NCBI RefSeq assembly: GCF_018977255.1
Contig: NW_024704742.1
Coordinates: 29,886,001 to 29,950,000, forward strand
From: Callorhinchus milii
Taxonomy: Eukaryota
Direction: 5' to 3'
Length of the DNA stretch: 64,000 nucleotides
In this document: positions 1 through 14,000 of the stretch, in pieces
Layout: every line of letters starts with the position of its first letter
Position numbering within the stretch: the first letter of the stretch is position 1
Notes under the pieces: generated by a model
Told to the model about the DNA's origin: nothing
Seen by the model: the letters and a program-made list of their open reading frames with translations, nothing else
Databases searched by the model: none
Position numbers and translations under genes: made by a program

Positions 1-23
1 ATTGTATAATCGCCTATGTCATA

Positions 24-188
24 GATAATAATGATAATCCTTGCATTTGATATAGCGTCTTATCACGCCTTCGAGACGTCTCAAAGCGCTTCACAGAATA
101 TACTGTAAAGTGAATTGACTGTATAGTTGTGGGCGAAACGCAACAGCCAATTGTGCACAGCAGTGTCCCACAAACAGTCATGGATTGA
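24..188 (-). mobile_element. 5'-truncated SINE copy (one of many: also ~975-1085, 23136-23272, 23721-23878, 25107-25199, 33207-33316, 46794-46909, 55816-55930, 61894-61987, 62325-62452)
   Basis: Shared tail ATAATCCTTGCATTTGATATAGCG...TTCACAGAATATACTGTAAAGTGAATTGACTG. Confidence 0.85.
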
Positions 189-241
189 GTGACTTATTAA
201 TGGCAGTTAATTTGGGAGTTAAATGGGAGTTTGGAGTTCAT

Positions 242-328
242 TATTAATGGGAAATTAAATGGGACTTGGGTAGATGTAAAAAAATTTTTTTTACGTCTAC
301 CCAAGTCCCATTTAATTTCCCATTAATA
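242..328. repeat. Near-perfect 87-bp palindrome
   Basis: TATTAATGGGAAATTAAATGGGACTTGGGTAGATGT-A7 / T8-ACGTCTACCCAAGTCCCATTTAATTTCCCATTAATA; one mismatch. Confidence 0.95.
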
Positions 329-3300
329 CATTTCACACAACTCATATTCATAAGTCATATTAAACGTATGGTCCCAACCGATATGACATATGTGAGGTTT
401 ACTGTATATGGATTTATTAATGCGTACTACTTGAATGTATTTATTTTATTTGTCTTTTCTTTTGTAAAGATGTATAAGTATTCCTATATGTTATGTGCAG
501 GTGTGTTTGGTGTATCTTGACCCATGTGACTCAATGTCCAGGAGATGCAACTGCAGCATCTTTTGCAGAGAGTGTTAGTTTTCTCTAAAGCATCAATTTG
601 ACTGCTCTTTCAAGTTAAGTATTATCCCCTTCACTTCCTCCATACATTCTCCCACTCCCCTAAGACCTTTCCAATATAGGAAGGTCTCAGTTGCACACAT
701 CAATTAAGTTTAACTTATTTCAGAAGTCTGCTGCAACTAATCGGTTTAATTTATTACAGTGGTTTACAATCCTCTCCATTTCATAAAGGAGATAAAAGCA
801 GTCTTAATAGACTCCAAGTGGTATTCTGTACATGGAAAGTTGTAGCTTACACAGACTAAAATATTTGGAGTTCATTATTTTTAAAAATAAAAGAAACCTT
901 CCAAAGGAACCATTTAACTCAACCATTCAAATTGGTTGCCCATTTTGGTTGTAAAATGAATAAAGTTGTGTTGATAATAATCTTTGCATTTGATATAGCA
1001 CCTTATCATGTCATTGAGGCATCTCAAAGCACTTCTCAGAATATATTGTACAGTGGATCGACTGCGAATTTTGTGGGCGAAACGTGTTATGGATTTTGAT
1101 CTGTTTGTGCTGTTAAGATGCAAAAGTACAGTGGGCAACTTGGATATAGTGAAACACAAGGTGAATTACAGCAAACCGTGAAACTGATTGGTACATCACA
1201 CCTGCTGCAATGAAGTGAGTACAAGCTTATTGTGAAAATCTGGACATTGTTCAGTCTCTAACGTGCAGTGAAACATGCCCTGAAGGTTAATGGAAACCAG
1301 CAGACATAGAATCATAGAATGCTGCAGCAAACAAACATAAAAGTATTACTGTGCAAAACAATCCCTTAAAAGTTCTCGGACCATTCTTGGGGTACCCGCT
1401 TTCAGAGTGGAGCTGCACTGCTTTGTATTTGTAATACCCGAAGTTTGCTTCACCTCCCACTTGACTCCTGTACAATGAATCAACTTCAAAGTACAATACT
1501 GTATAAATTGGGCATGTGTTGGCCAGCTCTTATAGCAATTATCTTTTCAGGGTCAAACAAGATCTTGTTGTAATGGGATTACATTGGTTTAGATTTACCT
1601 TGCAAACAAAGTCAGTCTTTTAAAACTATTTTGAAGAAAATATGAAAAGGTTTACCAGTTTTTCTGTCTCATAGTCCTTAGGTGGTAATGTTTGGTCAAA
1701 TACCACCTGCACTGGTGGGCACCTGGGTTTCTGTGATACTTGATCAGGGTTTGAGTATGTAGTGTTTCTCCTCTGCTTAAATTATGTTTCAAAAAATACA
1801 TTTTTAACAATGTTGCTATTTGTTGAATTATGCCTGAAGTAGCGAAAACTATCCATCAGATTCCATGTTAACTGGAGTTAACATGTATTGTAACTTTCCC
1901 ATGAATTGATTCTGCAGATGCTTATTTGTGCCTTGAATGAACTGTTCTATCCTGTTCATACAGTCATCCATGTGTACAGTTGGCATTAGTCCAGGAATTT
2001 ATTTATTAAACTTCAATTTGAAAACAAAAATCTAATTCCAAATAAAATACTTTGCCTTCGGAAAACATCTTGGTGTCACCCTTTCAATGTAGCAATGTTA
2101 CTATTTCAAACTGTTATTATTTATAACAATTCAAGTTTTGGTTCTTAAGTTAAAGAAGAAAGTCACGAGAGAGAGAGAGTGAATGCATGAAAATAATGGC
2201 GTTGGTGGAGAAAAGTCTTTGCTGAACTTTTGTTCTGCGATGTTCGTACTCGCCTGGAATAAAACTTTGAAGCAAAATCGAAAATTATAAAGCTGATGAT
2301 TGAAAAGATAGGTGTGGAAAATAAATGGGAAAGTAGGGAAGAGGAGCTGCATTTGAAGAACTTTTCTGGAAAAACACACAAAAAGTCTGAATTCACTGAA
2401 TAGAGAGGGACGGCCGGCCGGGGGTGGGGGGTTTGGGGAGAGCAGAGAAATGCAGTAAGTGAAAGTCAGAGAGAAAAGGGGCATACTGGGACACACTCAT
2501 GACATGGGACCCCTTTAACTTCCACCTGAACAGGTAGACATGAGTCTTGAGTTTAATGTTTTATCTGAAATCTGAAGTACTCCTCCAGTACTGTATTGGA
2601 GTGTCGGCCAAGGCTAAGAGCTCAAAGTCTCTACACGTGGGTTCTGTTGAATGTTGTCAGTCAGGAACTTTTTAAGATTGGATACCAAATTTTGGTCAAT
2701 CTAGTGATAGTGTAGGTCGTAAAGTGCTCGGATATTCTGATCTGAAACGTCTGCTGTACCCTCAAACACCAAACACTCCGCTTTCTATTAATTCAATGAT
2801 TTGGTGACAATTTTGAAGGATGGTGACAATGAAGCTTAAACCAGACAAGGAGATAAAAATCCCCACCACGTTTGTTGCTCTCAAACATTTGGGAAATTAT
2901 CAATTCCTGGAAGCTTAATTGTGCATTTCATGTGTGATTAGCACACGACAACCCTCGAACAAAACCTCCGATAATTAAGTGGGATCCCTTGAAGGAAAGT
3001 GTTTCATTTGAAAGGCCAACTTGACATGCATAGATTGGGGAGGTCAGATCCTAATATCTATTGATGTGTTTCTCTATTGATGTGTGGTGCTGCAGGACCA
3101 CTTCAAACAAACAGCTCCGTGGTAGCTCAGACACAATCCACAGCACTGGTGACAACAAAGGAACTGCAGTCCCACACGGACAGCTTTTTAGTTTGGTCAC
3201 AAATTGGAATGAATTGAGAATTAGACCTTCACTTGTTTGCGAGTTGCCAGCCTGAAGACAGCCTCATCTGACTGCACTGTTGGATCGCATGGATTGTTTA

Positions 3301-3438
3301 TCTTACTGCTTTTGAAGACACCTGTGGAGGTTTAGTCAGGCACTTTGGATCCAGTACCCCAGCATAAATGTAGCATTATGTTGTTGTAGTATGGCAAAGG
3401 GTTTGATCCAAGGGTTATCGGGCCTCATAGGAACTGTT

Positions 3439-3766
3439 ATAATAATAATAATAATAATAATCCTTGCATTTGATATAGCGCTTTTCACGTCGGGAGGACA
3501 TCCCAAAGCGCTTCACAGAACACACTGTAAAGTGAATTGACTGTATATTTGTGGGCGAACGCGGCAGCCAATTGCGCACAGCAATGTCCCACAAACAGTC
3601 ATGGATTGAAAATGACCAATTTATTATTGTTTTTTTTGGTTTTGGAGGGATTATTATTAGGCGTGTGGAGTAAGGAAACTTGCCCAAGGTTTCGCCCTCT
3701 GCCTGGAATTGAACTCAGGTCTCTCGCTTGCAAAGCGAGTGCTCAACCACTGAGCTACAGGACTCC
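3439..3766 (-). mobile_element. Full-length tRNA-derived SINE (tRNA head, partial Deu-like core, L2-type tail, (ATT)n)
   Basis: Pol III A box (TAGCTCAGTGG) and B box (GAGTTCAATTCC); near-identical to copies at 8231, 46276 and 56355. Confidence 0.9.
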
Positions 3767-6306
3767 AAACTGTTGATACACATTGTCTCTGCTCTGACAG
3801 GGCAATGGAAATTTCCCATTTACAAGCTCGCAACTGGTGTTAGTTTTTCTGATGGAGAGTTACTTTTGTCAATTTATCACCAAGTTCAATTGGTCACTAT
3901 TTTAAAGAGAACGAGTTTCATTTGTTTCACTCCACCTGATACTCAGAAACCAAAAATCTGCAACTTCTTCTCACAACAAATATTAATCGAATGAAGTTGA
4001 TTTCATTATTTGTAAATAGTCATCTTCAGATACTTACAATGTATAGTGGAATCTATACAACATTATTAGTAATTTGCACTTATTTGTAAATAATAGGTTG
4101 GTAAACTGAGGAATTCTGGCATGAGGTGGTTGACCTCACCAGTGAGTTATGATTTAAATAAACCATTCAAAACAATACACTTACACAATACACAATTTGA
4201 ACTTCTGTGGCACCTTTCATGTAGCAAAATGTCTCAAAGCGATTTACAAATCACTTACAGCTGCAGTAATAATAATAATCAATGAGTTTGACATAACACT
4301 TTATCATGTCATTGAGATGTCTCAAAGCCCCTTCACAGAATATATTGTAAAGTGAATTGACTGTATACTTTGTGGTCAAAACAGTAATTTGTACTTTGCC
4401 GGGTTAGGGTCCTGTTCACTCACGATTGTTGGCTGCAGGTTTAGCCAGGTTTGGAGACGTGTTTTCAAATTAAATTGTATTTTACCCATTTTATACAAAT
4501 TGTCAAATGAAATCAGACCTGTTTCAAAATAATTTTATTTTCCAGTTTAAAGATTAAATCACCTGTACTATAATAGATTGTCAAATTCAATTCAAGTCTT
4601 CCCCCTCCACCCCGCTCTCTTTAGTTCCTGGTCATCATCCAGTGCCTCATACATTCAGATTTTAAATACATAACGTGGCAAAAAAATGCACCAAAAGGCT
4701 TTTGCACCTATTGCTCTGACCTGACCAGTGAGTCACGAATGGCACTTTTGACTAATGATCGATGGCCACATGCTCAAAATGTGAGTTGGTACATAATTAA
4801 AGTAACAAAATGCAATGTTGAAATAGTCCAAAAACAGGGGCGGGGGAGAAGGCACACGATTGTGGTGATTGTGAGTTTTTATACTGTTTTGGATTTTAAA
4901 AGAGTGCAATAGTTCAAGACTGATTCGGGTCTCGAGTCTTTGGATGCTTGGGACATTGCACACAATCAGTTGTTGTGGAGGTCGCAATGTCCTAACTCCA
5001 GTCACACTCAGTGGTAGTATTTTTAAAAGTAATGATAAGTTGAGTAGACAAAGCACTTGTTCACAATACCCTCCCAATTATTTCCCTGCTCGGAGACATT
5101 TGAGCATGTGGTTTAAGAACCCTCATTTTCAGCTACTGCAAAAATAATCCTTACATTTGATACAGCACCTTTCACAGCAGGAGGACATCTCAAAGTGCTT
5201 CACTGGATATACTGTGAAGTGTAGCGAATATTTTTTTTACACAAGTGAATCCTATATGGGTGGATGCTTTTTCACTTCAGAAGATTACCTCTTTATGCCC
5301 GAGTTAACTTGGTATAAGAACATTGAAACAAGAAGAGACTATTTGTCAAACACATTCCATCCTTTCACTGGATCTTGGCAGATTTTTAAATACTATTTCC
5401 ATACTCAATACTCTTCCTTCCCTAGTATCCATGTATATATGCACTTTTCAAATATCCCTCAATGATTCTGCACATTCCACCCCGTGGAGGAGTGCTTGGC
5501 ACATCATCGATGCCCTGTGTGTGGAAGAACATTTTTGTTCTTTGGCACAGACACAGTAAGTTGAAAGGCCTCCTGTGCTGAAAATTTGTTGCTATTTGAA
5601 GCACGAGCATCTAATTTGCTTATCACTAAAATTCCAGAAGCCTGAAATAGACAGACCAGTAATCTGCAGCTGTAGTCCACCCAGAGGAGCGTTCCCCTGA
5701 AATGCAGTCCGTGCCCTGATATCGAGGTTTATCAAGTGCATAGGGCTGTTGTTAACCTGCAAAGCAATATCGACCAGCGAATGCATCAGAAGCCTGACAT
5801 ACCCTGGCCAAATGTGTATGATTCTTTCCCATGCATAGCTTGTATGTACGTTTTCACCTTTGGAATTTGCAAGGTGTCATGTAAGTTGTATCAGTCAGGA
5901 CCGTAACATTTAATATGACATACTTGAAGTTTGAGTTACAGGCAAACTGTATAAATTGTATAAAAATGTAATTAATAATCTATACTGTGCATGCATAATT
6001 CAGTGCTGCCGGTGAGTGTGGGAGAAATGGAGGGTAGGGGAGTGCCATTAGGTGTTACTTAATAAGAGTCGTGCAAATAAATCTAAGTGGTTTCAATATT
6101 AAACTGAATGGGACTCAGGTGAATGTACATATAAAGAAAATACTTTTACTATATAGCAAAACAGGACCCTTACTCCAGGATAATTTCCGAAGAACTTTCT
6201 TTTGCTTAAGCCCTTTCTACAAATATTGGATTCATTTACACTTGTGAAATCTGCATGAGGATTAACTATGAAAATCAACACATGCACACTTTCATTGTAT
6301 TAAATA

Positions 6307-6312
6307 TTTATT
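6307..6312 (-). terminator. Candidate CLGN polyadenylation signal AATAAA (alternative at 6692-6697)
   Basis: TTTATT on + strand about 1.1 kb downstream of the stop, after AT-rich UTR-like sequence. Confidence 0.5.
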
Positions 6313-7408
6313 TCAAATAGCAATTGTACATTTTGCAAACATCAGTGTAAACAGGGATTATGTCAATCCAGAAGTAACATTAAAACTATAAAACTCAGTT
6401 CACGCCATGCCACTCATTTTCCAAGAAAATGTCAGTGAATTAGTTAAGTTAAAACTTTCATCTATCACTCATAAAACATAGACAAATCAGGATTTAGGAA
6501 TGTCACTTGTGCTATACTACAAATGATTTACCAAACACACAGGAAACAAACCAAAACAAAAATGCCTCCATTGGGCTGGGCACAGGGGGAAAGGGAAGGG
6601 GTGAAAAAAATCCCCACAGGTAAATAGATAACAGGAAGGGCAGGTCATGAGATGTTTTGTCAAGTTCATGGTATACTTAAAATGTAACTAATTTATTTGT
6701 GCCACGTTGGAGATAGAGAATAAAGACACCCGTGTTGACCTGAACAATAATGTACAAAGAAACTCAGTGCATTTTTTACTGTAACAATACCATTTGGTAG
6801 AGACTTATCTAGGGAAGAACACATTGGCACCATTGAAAGAAAAAATTTCAAGTCTTGTGCTAAAAGTCGCATCATTTGAATTCATTTATATGTACATTAA
6901 AATTTCCTTCAGGATTGTTATTGTACTAATCCCCACTGGTACCGGAAACTTCAACAGCAAACGTCAAATATCACAGTCATAAAACATGCCAATGCTTCTC
7001 CCCTTTCAGTACAAATGTATTATTGTAGCTCACGTTCATCTTATAACAATAGTATGTTTACCCTGGGTTAACATACATTAACACTTTCCCCCACAAATGT
7101 TACCAAATATTTACTACAATTTTCCTGGCAATTGTAAAATATGCCATCACAAATGGCAATTTGGTGTCTGGACATATTCCAATATTCTTAAAGTTACATC
7201 TTCAAAGCAATACTCTTCCCTTCTTGAGGAAGACTAAGAGGAATGGCAGGAAGAGAGGGATAGGGTGGTATGGGTGTCAAAATTAGATCGGGGGTTGGAA
7301 CAAAGACTGATTTGTCCCCTCAGCCAGTGGCTGAGTGACCTGCATGCTGCTGGGTGTTCTGATGGTCACACGCCTGCTAGAAAACAAAAAAATGTGTGCA
7401 CTCAGCAA

Positions 7409-7489
7409 TTACTCCTTCCTCACTTTTTTCTTACGCATCAGTTTCAGGGTGCAGTCACCCGAGCCAGCACCTTCGTCAGCTTCTCTCAT
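7409..7489 (-). CDS. CLGN: CLGN terminal coding exon ([26 protein letters not shown])
   Basis: CAG acceptor, TAA at 7411-7409; basic ER-retention-type C-terminus like that of calmegin. Confidence 0.92.
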   Translation of the reverse strand: MREADEGAGSGDCTLKLMRKKKVRKE

Positions 7490-7956
7490 CTGCAAATTAA
7501 AAACAGAACACAGGCACAGCTCAGAAATGAAGAATGGTTTTGGCGCTCATCCAGCATGAAATACAGTGTGTAGACTTGAGCATATTCGCCCACAAAACAT
7601 ACAGGCAATTTACTCTACAGTAGATTCTGTGAAGTGCTTTGAGACGTCTTGAACACGTGATAAGGCACTTTATCAAATGCAAAGATTACTATTATTAGGT
7701 TCTTAGTGCGTCACTGGCACCAGGGATCATTATTTGACACTTAAACTATTAACCTCTAAAAGGTTTCTACATCACCTTGATAGAATTCTTTCCACTCAGT
7801 TACTGATAACTTCTCTGCATAATCAATGCCTTGCACTGATGAGCTAAGTAGTTTTAGCTGGTTCAATTCCAGCAGCTTGCCTCAAGCTGCTAACCCATGT
7901 TCTCTGGGCAGACAAGGGGAAAGTGTTCTCTGCCTCCTGGCATCCACAGAGAGAGG

Positions 7957-8000
<44 letters not shown>

Positions 8001-11000
8001 GAGAGAGACAGAGAGATAATCCACGTTGCCTGTTTTTAGCTGACCGAATGCAGGCATTATGGGGACTAATCCCGAAAAGATTATGGAGAGAAACAAATGA
8101 GGCCCATTGCTATTAAAAGCAACAAATTAAACTAATAAGTCCAAGGGAAGTGCTTTTATAATGTGAAGGAATAAAAACTATAACAACTTGCATTTATTTA
8201 TATACACTTATATATATTTAGAATATTTGTGGAGTCCTGTATCTCAGTGGTTAGAGCACTCGCCTCTCAAGCGAGAGACCTGGGTTTGATTCCCAGCAGG
8301 GTGAAACCTTGGGCAAATTTCCTTACTCCACACACCTAATAATAATCCCTCAAGAAAAAATAATAATAAATTGGTCACTTCAATCCACGACTGTTTGTGG
8401 GACACTGCTGTTCACAATTGGCTGCTACGTTTCGGCTACAAATATACAATCAATTCACTTTGCAGTTTATTCTGTAAAGTGCTTTGAGACGTCTAGAAGA
8501 CATGAAAAGCGCTATATCAAATGCAAGGAATATTATTATTTAAATAGTGTCCTTCAAGTAGGATAGTAACTTAGAGCACTTCACGAGGATGGCGACAGTG
8601 TGGTTCCCAGGTTTTGGCGGGTGGCGGTGGGGACGAGAACAGAGTTGAGGTGACCCAAACACTCTTGTCAGATTTTCAGTGTGTTATGGAGTTGGTGTAG
8701 ATAAAATAGTTTGAAAGCCATTGGCTTATCAGGACCAAAATCATTGACATAACATGTAGGAGCAGGAGTAGGCCATTCGGCCCTTCGAGCCTGCCCCGCC
8801 ATTCAATCATGGCTGATCTTCTAATCTAACTCCAGCTAATACCATAATCCTGCCTTATCCCCATATCCTTAATCCCTTTTGCAATAAGAAATCTATCTAT
8901 CTCAGTCTTGAATATGTTCAAGGACTGAGCGTCAACAGCTCTTTGGGGTAGTGAATTCCATACATTCACCACCCTTTGAGTGAAGAAGTTCTTCAACTCA
9001 GTGCGAAAGTGCTGGCCTCTGATTTTATGGTTGTGACCCCTGGTCTTAGTTTCTCCAACCAGGGGAAACAATCTCCCACTAATTGTCCCACTCTTTCACC
9101 TTCTTACCGTCAAACATTCTTAAGAGTAGAAGGAATTTACTGAAACATTTGAAAACAAACTAACCTCATCTTCGGAAGCAGATTTCGATTTGCTAGCTTC
9201 TTCATCCTCCTCTTCTTGACTGCCATCTCCAGGGTTGTCCTCCTCTCCACTGGCTTTCTGCTCTTCAGCTTCTGTACAGACAAGTATATATCACCAGGTA
9301 GAAGGTGCAACAGCTAACAGCTTGGACATACACCCAGAATGAAAATATTTGAATGCTTAATTGTAATAGGAGGAGAGTTGGGAAAATATGCAGAGGATTT
9401 TAAAATCAAGGAGAGCTGAAGTGGCGATGTTCTGAAGTGGCAGAGTTCCACAGAGAGCACAAGTGTAGAGGCTGGAGGCTTGGTCACCAAAAGTCAGATT
9501 TTAGTCATCATTAAGAGTGGGTTAGCACAAGATGTGACAACTCAGTTAACAATTTCCAAGTTCTTAATTGAGATCTCCCAATGGACTAGTGAGTAAAGGC
9601 ACAGTCAAAAAGATCTGAATGCTTCAGGTAGCTACCAATTCTCATTTTTGTTCAGTTAATGCGCTCGTTAACACTTTTGTTCAGTTAACCCTCCTCGTCC
9701 TCCGCTCCACCCTCGGCGGCCGTGCCTTCAGCCACTATGCCCCGAGGCTCTGGAACTGCCTTCCTCACTCCCTTCGCCTCACTCCCTCCCTTCCCATTTT
9801 CAGGTCTCTGCTGAAGACCTTTCTTTTTGACCGCCCCTTTGGTCACCTTCCTCCCCCTCCCCCTGGCTCGGGCCCAGGATCCGTTACTGTGAAGCGCTCT
9901 TGAGATGCCATCCGGCGTGGAGGGCGCTATATAAATCCAAGTTGTTATTCTTGTTAAAGTGAACAAACGTTCGTGCTGAAGGTGATTTTAGCTTTTCACC
10001 TGCTGCATCAGGGTAGCCATATAATCCTTTATATCTGCCAACTCATCAATCTGGACTAGATTGCCATTTTTGTACCTTAGTCTCTTTTAGAAATATGTAA
10101 ATAAATCATTAAATATATTGAAGAGGGAGAAAAATGCCTGCAAGGATCTCAAGTCCTGTATATATTCTACCTGCACCCACATAACATAGGAAACATTTTG
10201 CATGGCTGACCTTTACCTTTCGTAGGCTCCTCACACTCTTCGTCTTCTTCCTCCTCCTCCTCGTCTGGCTCCTGTTCTTCCTTCACATCGGGTTGCACAG
10301 CATCAGACTTTTTGTACTCGGCTGCAGAATCAGTCTTCTGAAAGAGTCAAACATTTAGGATTTACTATTCCTTCTCACAAACACTCAAGACTCGGTATTG
10401 CCAGACGAAATCCAGTCATCCAATATTATGTTTCAAGATGAGTGCAACAAATGATTAGTACTAGACAGAAGAGAAGGCACATACATGACAGCAACAACTT
10501 CCAATAAAATGATTCCCTACCTTACTTGGCCAGCAGAACAGCACAATTAATCCTAAAGGTAAAACTGCAGTCAGCGCATAGATAATCCAGAGCCAAGGAC
10601 GCTCTTCTGCGGCAGTCGTCAACTGACTGAACACACCAGGCTGAAAACAAATTCGGCAAATTTGCATATTAATATCTCAACCAAGTGCATAGCACATCTC
10701 AAGATGAATCGAGTTACACTCAACTTCTAAGAAACATTTTGAGGGGACGGAGAACTTGATAGGGAAGGTGGCAGAAATAACTTGCATTTATACAGCATCT
10801 TTCATACAAAAATAAACAACTCAAGGTACTTTACAACATTTAATTAATTTGAAATGAACTGAATGTTATATAGACAAATGCAACAGCAAATTCCTTTTGT
10901 ACAAATGGACTGACTCACATTTTTCACAAATAACAAGCACTCAAGACTTGACACTGCCTGACTAAAACCAGAAGAGAGGCATCTCTTATCAGAAGGTTTA

Positions 11001-14000
11001 CTATTTGAGGAACTATTTGTAATATATTGCAAATGCACACTCTATTATCCAGTGGTGCCAGTAACCTCCCGTGAACAGTAATAAGATGAGCAGCCAATTA
11101 ATTTGGATCAGAAGGTGGGATGCAATCAAGAGAAAGAGTTCAATTATCTTAGAAATAGCAACAACAGGGTATTCTCCTTTAATCCACCTGAATCACAAGG
11201 CAGATGGAAACTCAAGTTAATAATAAAAAAAATCACCTGGAAGAGAATTTAAGTCTCAAGTGCACAAATAAATATCTTACTAACAGAAAAAGGACTGTCA
11301 ACCAATGCATTTGCAAGCAATGCATAATATACAATTCAACATGCATCATGCCATATCAAAACTCCAAAGTGTGTAAAACTGCTATATTTCTCACAATTTT
11401 TTGCTCTATCTGCACAATTGTATTGTACATTGGGAGCAGCGATTCCGTTTCACAAACTTGACACCCCCATTGACCCACTCACTGCCTATTTTTGAGCTTT
11501 AAGTGTAAAGTGTATTACAACTGTGTTCCTGAAACTAATGCAGGGGAAGCCTGTAAAAGGCGTCTAGTAAGAAGAAGTAAACTGTGTCTGTAAAAAGGAT
11601 TCAAGGCAGGCAAGAGTGATGTATATCTTAAGAGTGATCCCCCACCCCCCTCCGGAATTGTGCATTTGACAATTTTGTACAAATAAATGTATAAATTACA
11701 CATTTACCTCATTTGCACTTGCAACCATCTTCTTCAGTGCCCAACCATCAGCTGCCCACTGATCAGACACGGCCTTCTCAGAACAGATAATGAAATTATC
11801 AAACAAGATTTCAGAAGTCATGGACCACAGTTCTAGACCAACAGCACTGAATGGCGTCATCTTGAATGGATTCAAATCCTCAAAATAATCAGGATTTAGG
11901 ATCTTCCTTGGATTCCATACACCCTGTGCAAACGATACAAAAAGGGTCATCAGATCTAGTCTTGGTTGGTTATCTGTAGTCTGTACTCTTACATAATCAC
12001 AGCAGCCTCCATCCTCCCATCTGATTCACCATAACAATGAGTAGAGTGTACTTTGCAGTTCAGTATAGAGAAAAACGTATCACTTCACATCACATGAACT
12101 CCAACATCCACCTGCTATAGGAATCCTGTTTGAACCAGACTTCCAATTGGGAAATTGTTTGCTCATGTTGTGAGTTATATCATCTGTTGTTACCTGCAGT
12201 ATAGCACACAAATCCCTACAACAATCTTGCTCTCTCCTATATCACCTAATGGTTCTCTCTCATCTTCACCATTTATTTCCAAATGCTCTTGCAATTACAA
12301 TTAGTAGGCTACAGGCATATGGGAAAGGGCAGGTAAATAGAACTGAAAAGACTGCTCTTCAAAGAGTCAGCACAGATAAGACACAATGGGCCAAATGGCT
12401 TTCGTCTGTGCTGTAAATTTCTATGGTTCTACATGCAGTTTATACCACAAATTGTGGGCTGTCCTAATTTGAGATGTTTAATCTTTTGGCTTTACAACAT
12501 CCTGTTCAAATATTTATTGAATTTCCTTTAAATGTTATGGAAAATATAATAAATATATAAATAACCTAACTCCCCCACCTCACTCTGAGGCGGAGCTTAT
12601 GTCCCATTGTTAAGAGTTTTGAATCCTAGAATCTTATAGCACAGAAGGCCATTCGGCCCACTGTGCTTTTAAGCGCTTCAGGATGCTACCCTGCATAAAG
12701 GGTGCTATATAAATGCAAGTCGTTGTTGCTCTGGAAGAGCTGTCCAATTAGTCTCGTTCCCCTAGTATTTCTGGAGGGGAATGGAGTCCTGTAGCTCAGT
12801 GGTTAGAGCACTTGCCTCGCAAGCGACTGTTTATGCGACACTGCTGTACGCAATTGGCTGCTCTTGCAACTGAACCCACTGAGCACAAACTGAGTGGTAA
12901 CACGCCGTTCTATTCACTTAAATCAATATACTGTTTCTCTCTTTCCTACTTATTTAGTATTCTGTATAAATAATAAAGATAATCTCAGGAGATTAGAATT
13001 GCTAGTGGCAATAGTAGGGTCCAACATGGCATGGAGTAAGCTACAATACCTGGTATTTGGGATTGTCAATCAAAGGAGGCTTCCATTTTCCTTTGTAGTT
13101 TGGGTTACTGATCATCGGTATCTCCCAAACCCCACATCCAGGTGAAGCTTCGCACTTTGGGTTAGAAATCTGAGGAGGTTCCCATTCACCATCCATTTCT
13201 TCATCCCTAAAAAGGAACGTTAGGTGCACGTTACATCAGTTAATACCCCGGGGTACATTTTTTTGACCTTAGCAAAACAAGTTTTCAAAAGTGAATTGAC
13301 TGTATATTTTTGTGGCCAAAATGTTTGCTTATGTTCTGGCGCCTAATCTCCACTCAGAAACTCATTCAGAATCAGGTTGTATTACCTACCCAATTTAATG
13401 CGCTTATGTAATAAATTACCGGTTATCAGAAATTCACATTTCCAAGACACTTTCAGTCCCCAGGATGTTGGATAAGCATATATCTAATAATAGATGTGTT
13501 GTGTGTTATTTCAAATACACAGTCAACATCCTTCACAGAAACCTGCGAATCGCTTTGCAACATTTCAATGTTCAAAACATTTCAACACTTCAATAATCCT
13601 ATATGAAGGATTATTATTTGCCTGAGACCCGCTGTAAATAAAGACCATATTGAACAGGTATGTATTATCCTAAACAGCATCCATTCTCACACTAAACAAC
13701 CCACAAATACAAAACAATTACCAGTCTTCTGGTTTCGGTGCATTAGGATCGGGGATGTACTCTGGTTCATCATCAAGCCACCCTTCTGGTTTATGAGTAT
13801 CTGGATCAACTATCTTTGCTGGAGCATTTTCATCCCTAAAAGAAGACCCCATTCAATTTCAAATTGTAAATATATTCCAAATTTCTAATACACATAATAA
13901 ATCTGTAGTAGTGAAAGATACAGTGTATATTAAAATAAGTAACCACCATATCTAACAAGCCAGCACTCACCAGTCTTCAGGCTTGACGGCATCAGGGTCA

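Noticed and set aside
330..2100. 3' UTR of a plus-strand neighbour (SCOC expected from mammalian synteny), with AATAAA at ~886 and ~2041
   Set aside because: No coding exon was recognised in the window; AT-rich sequence and hexamers alone are insufficient.
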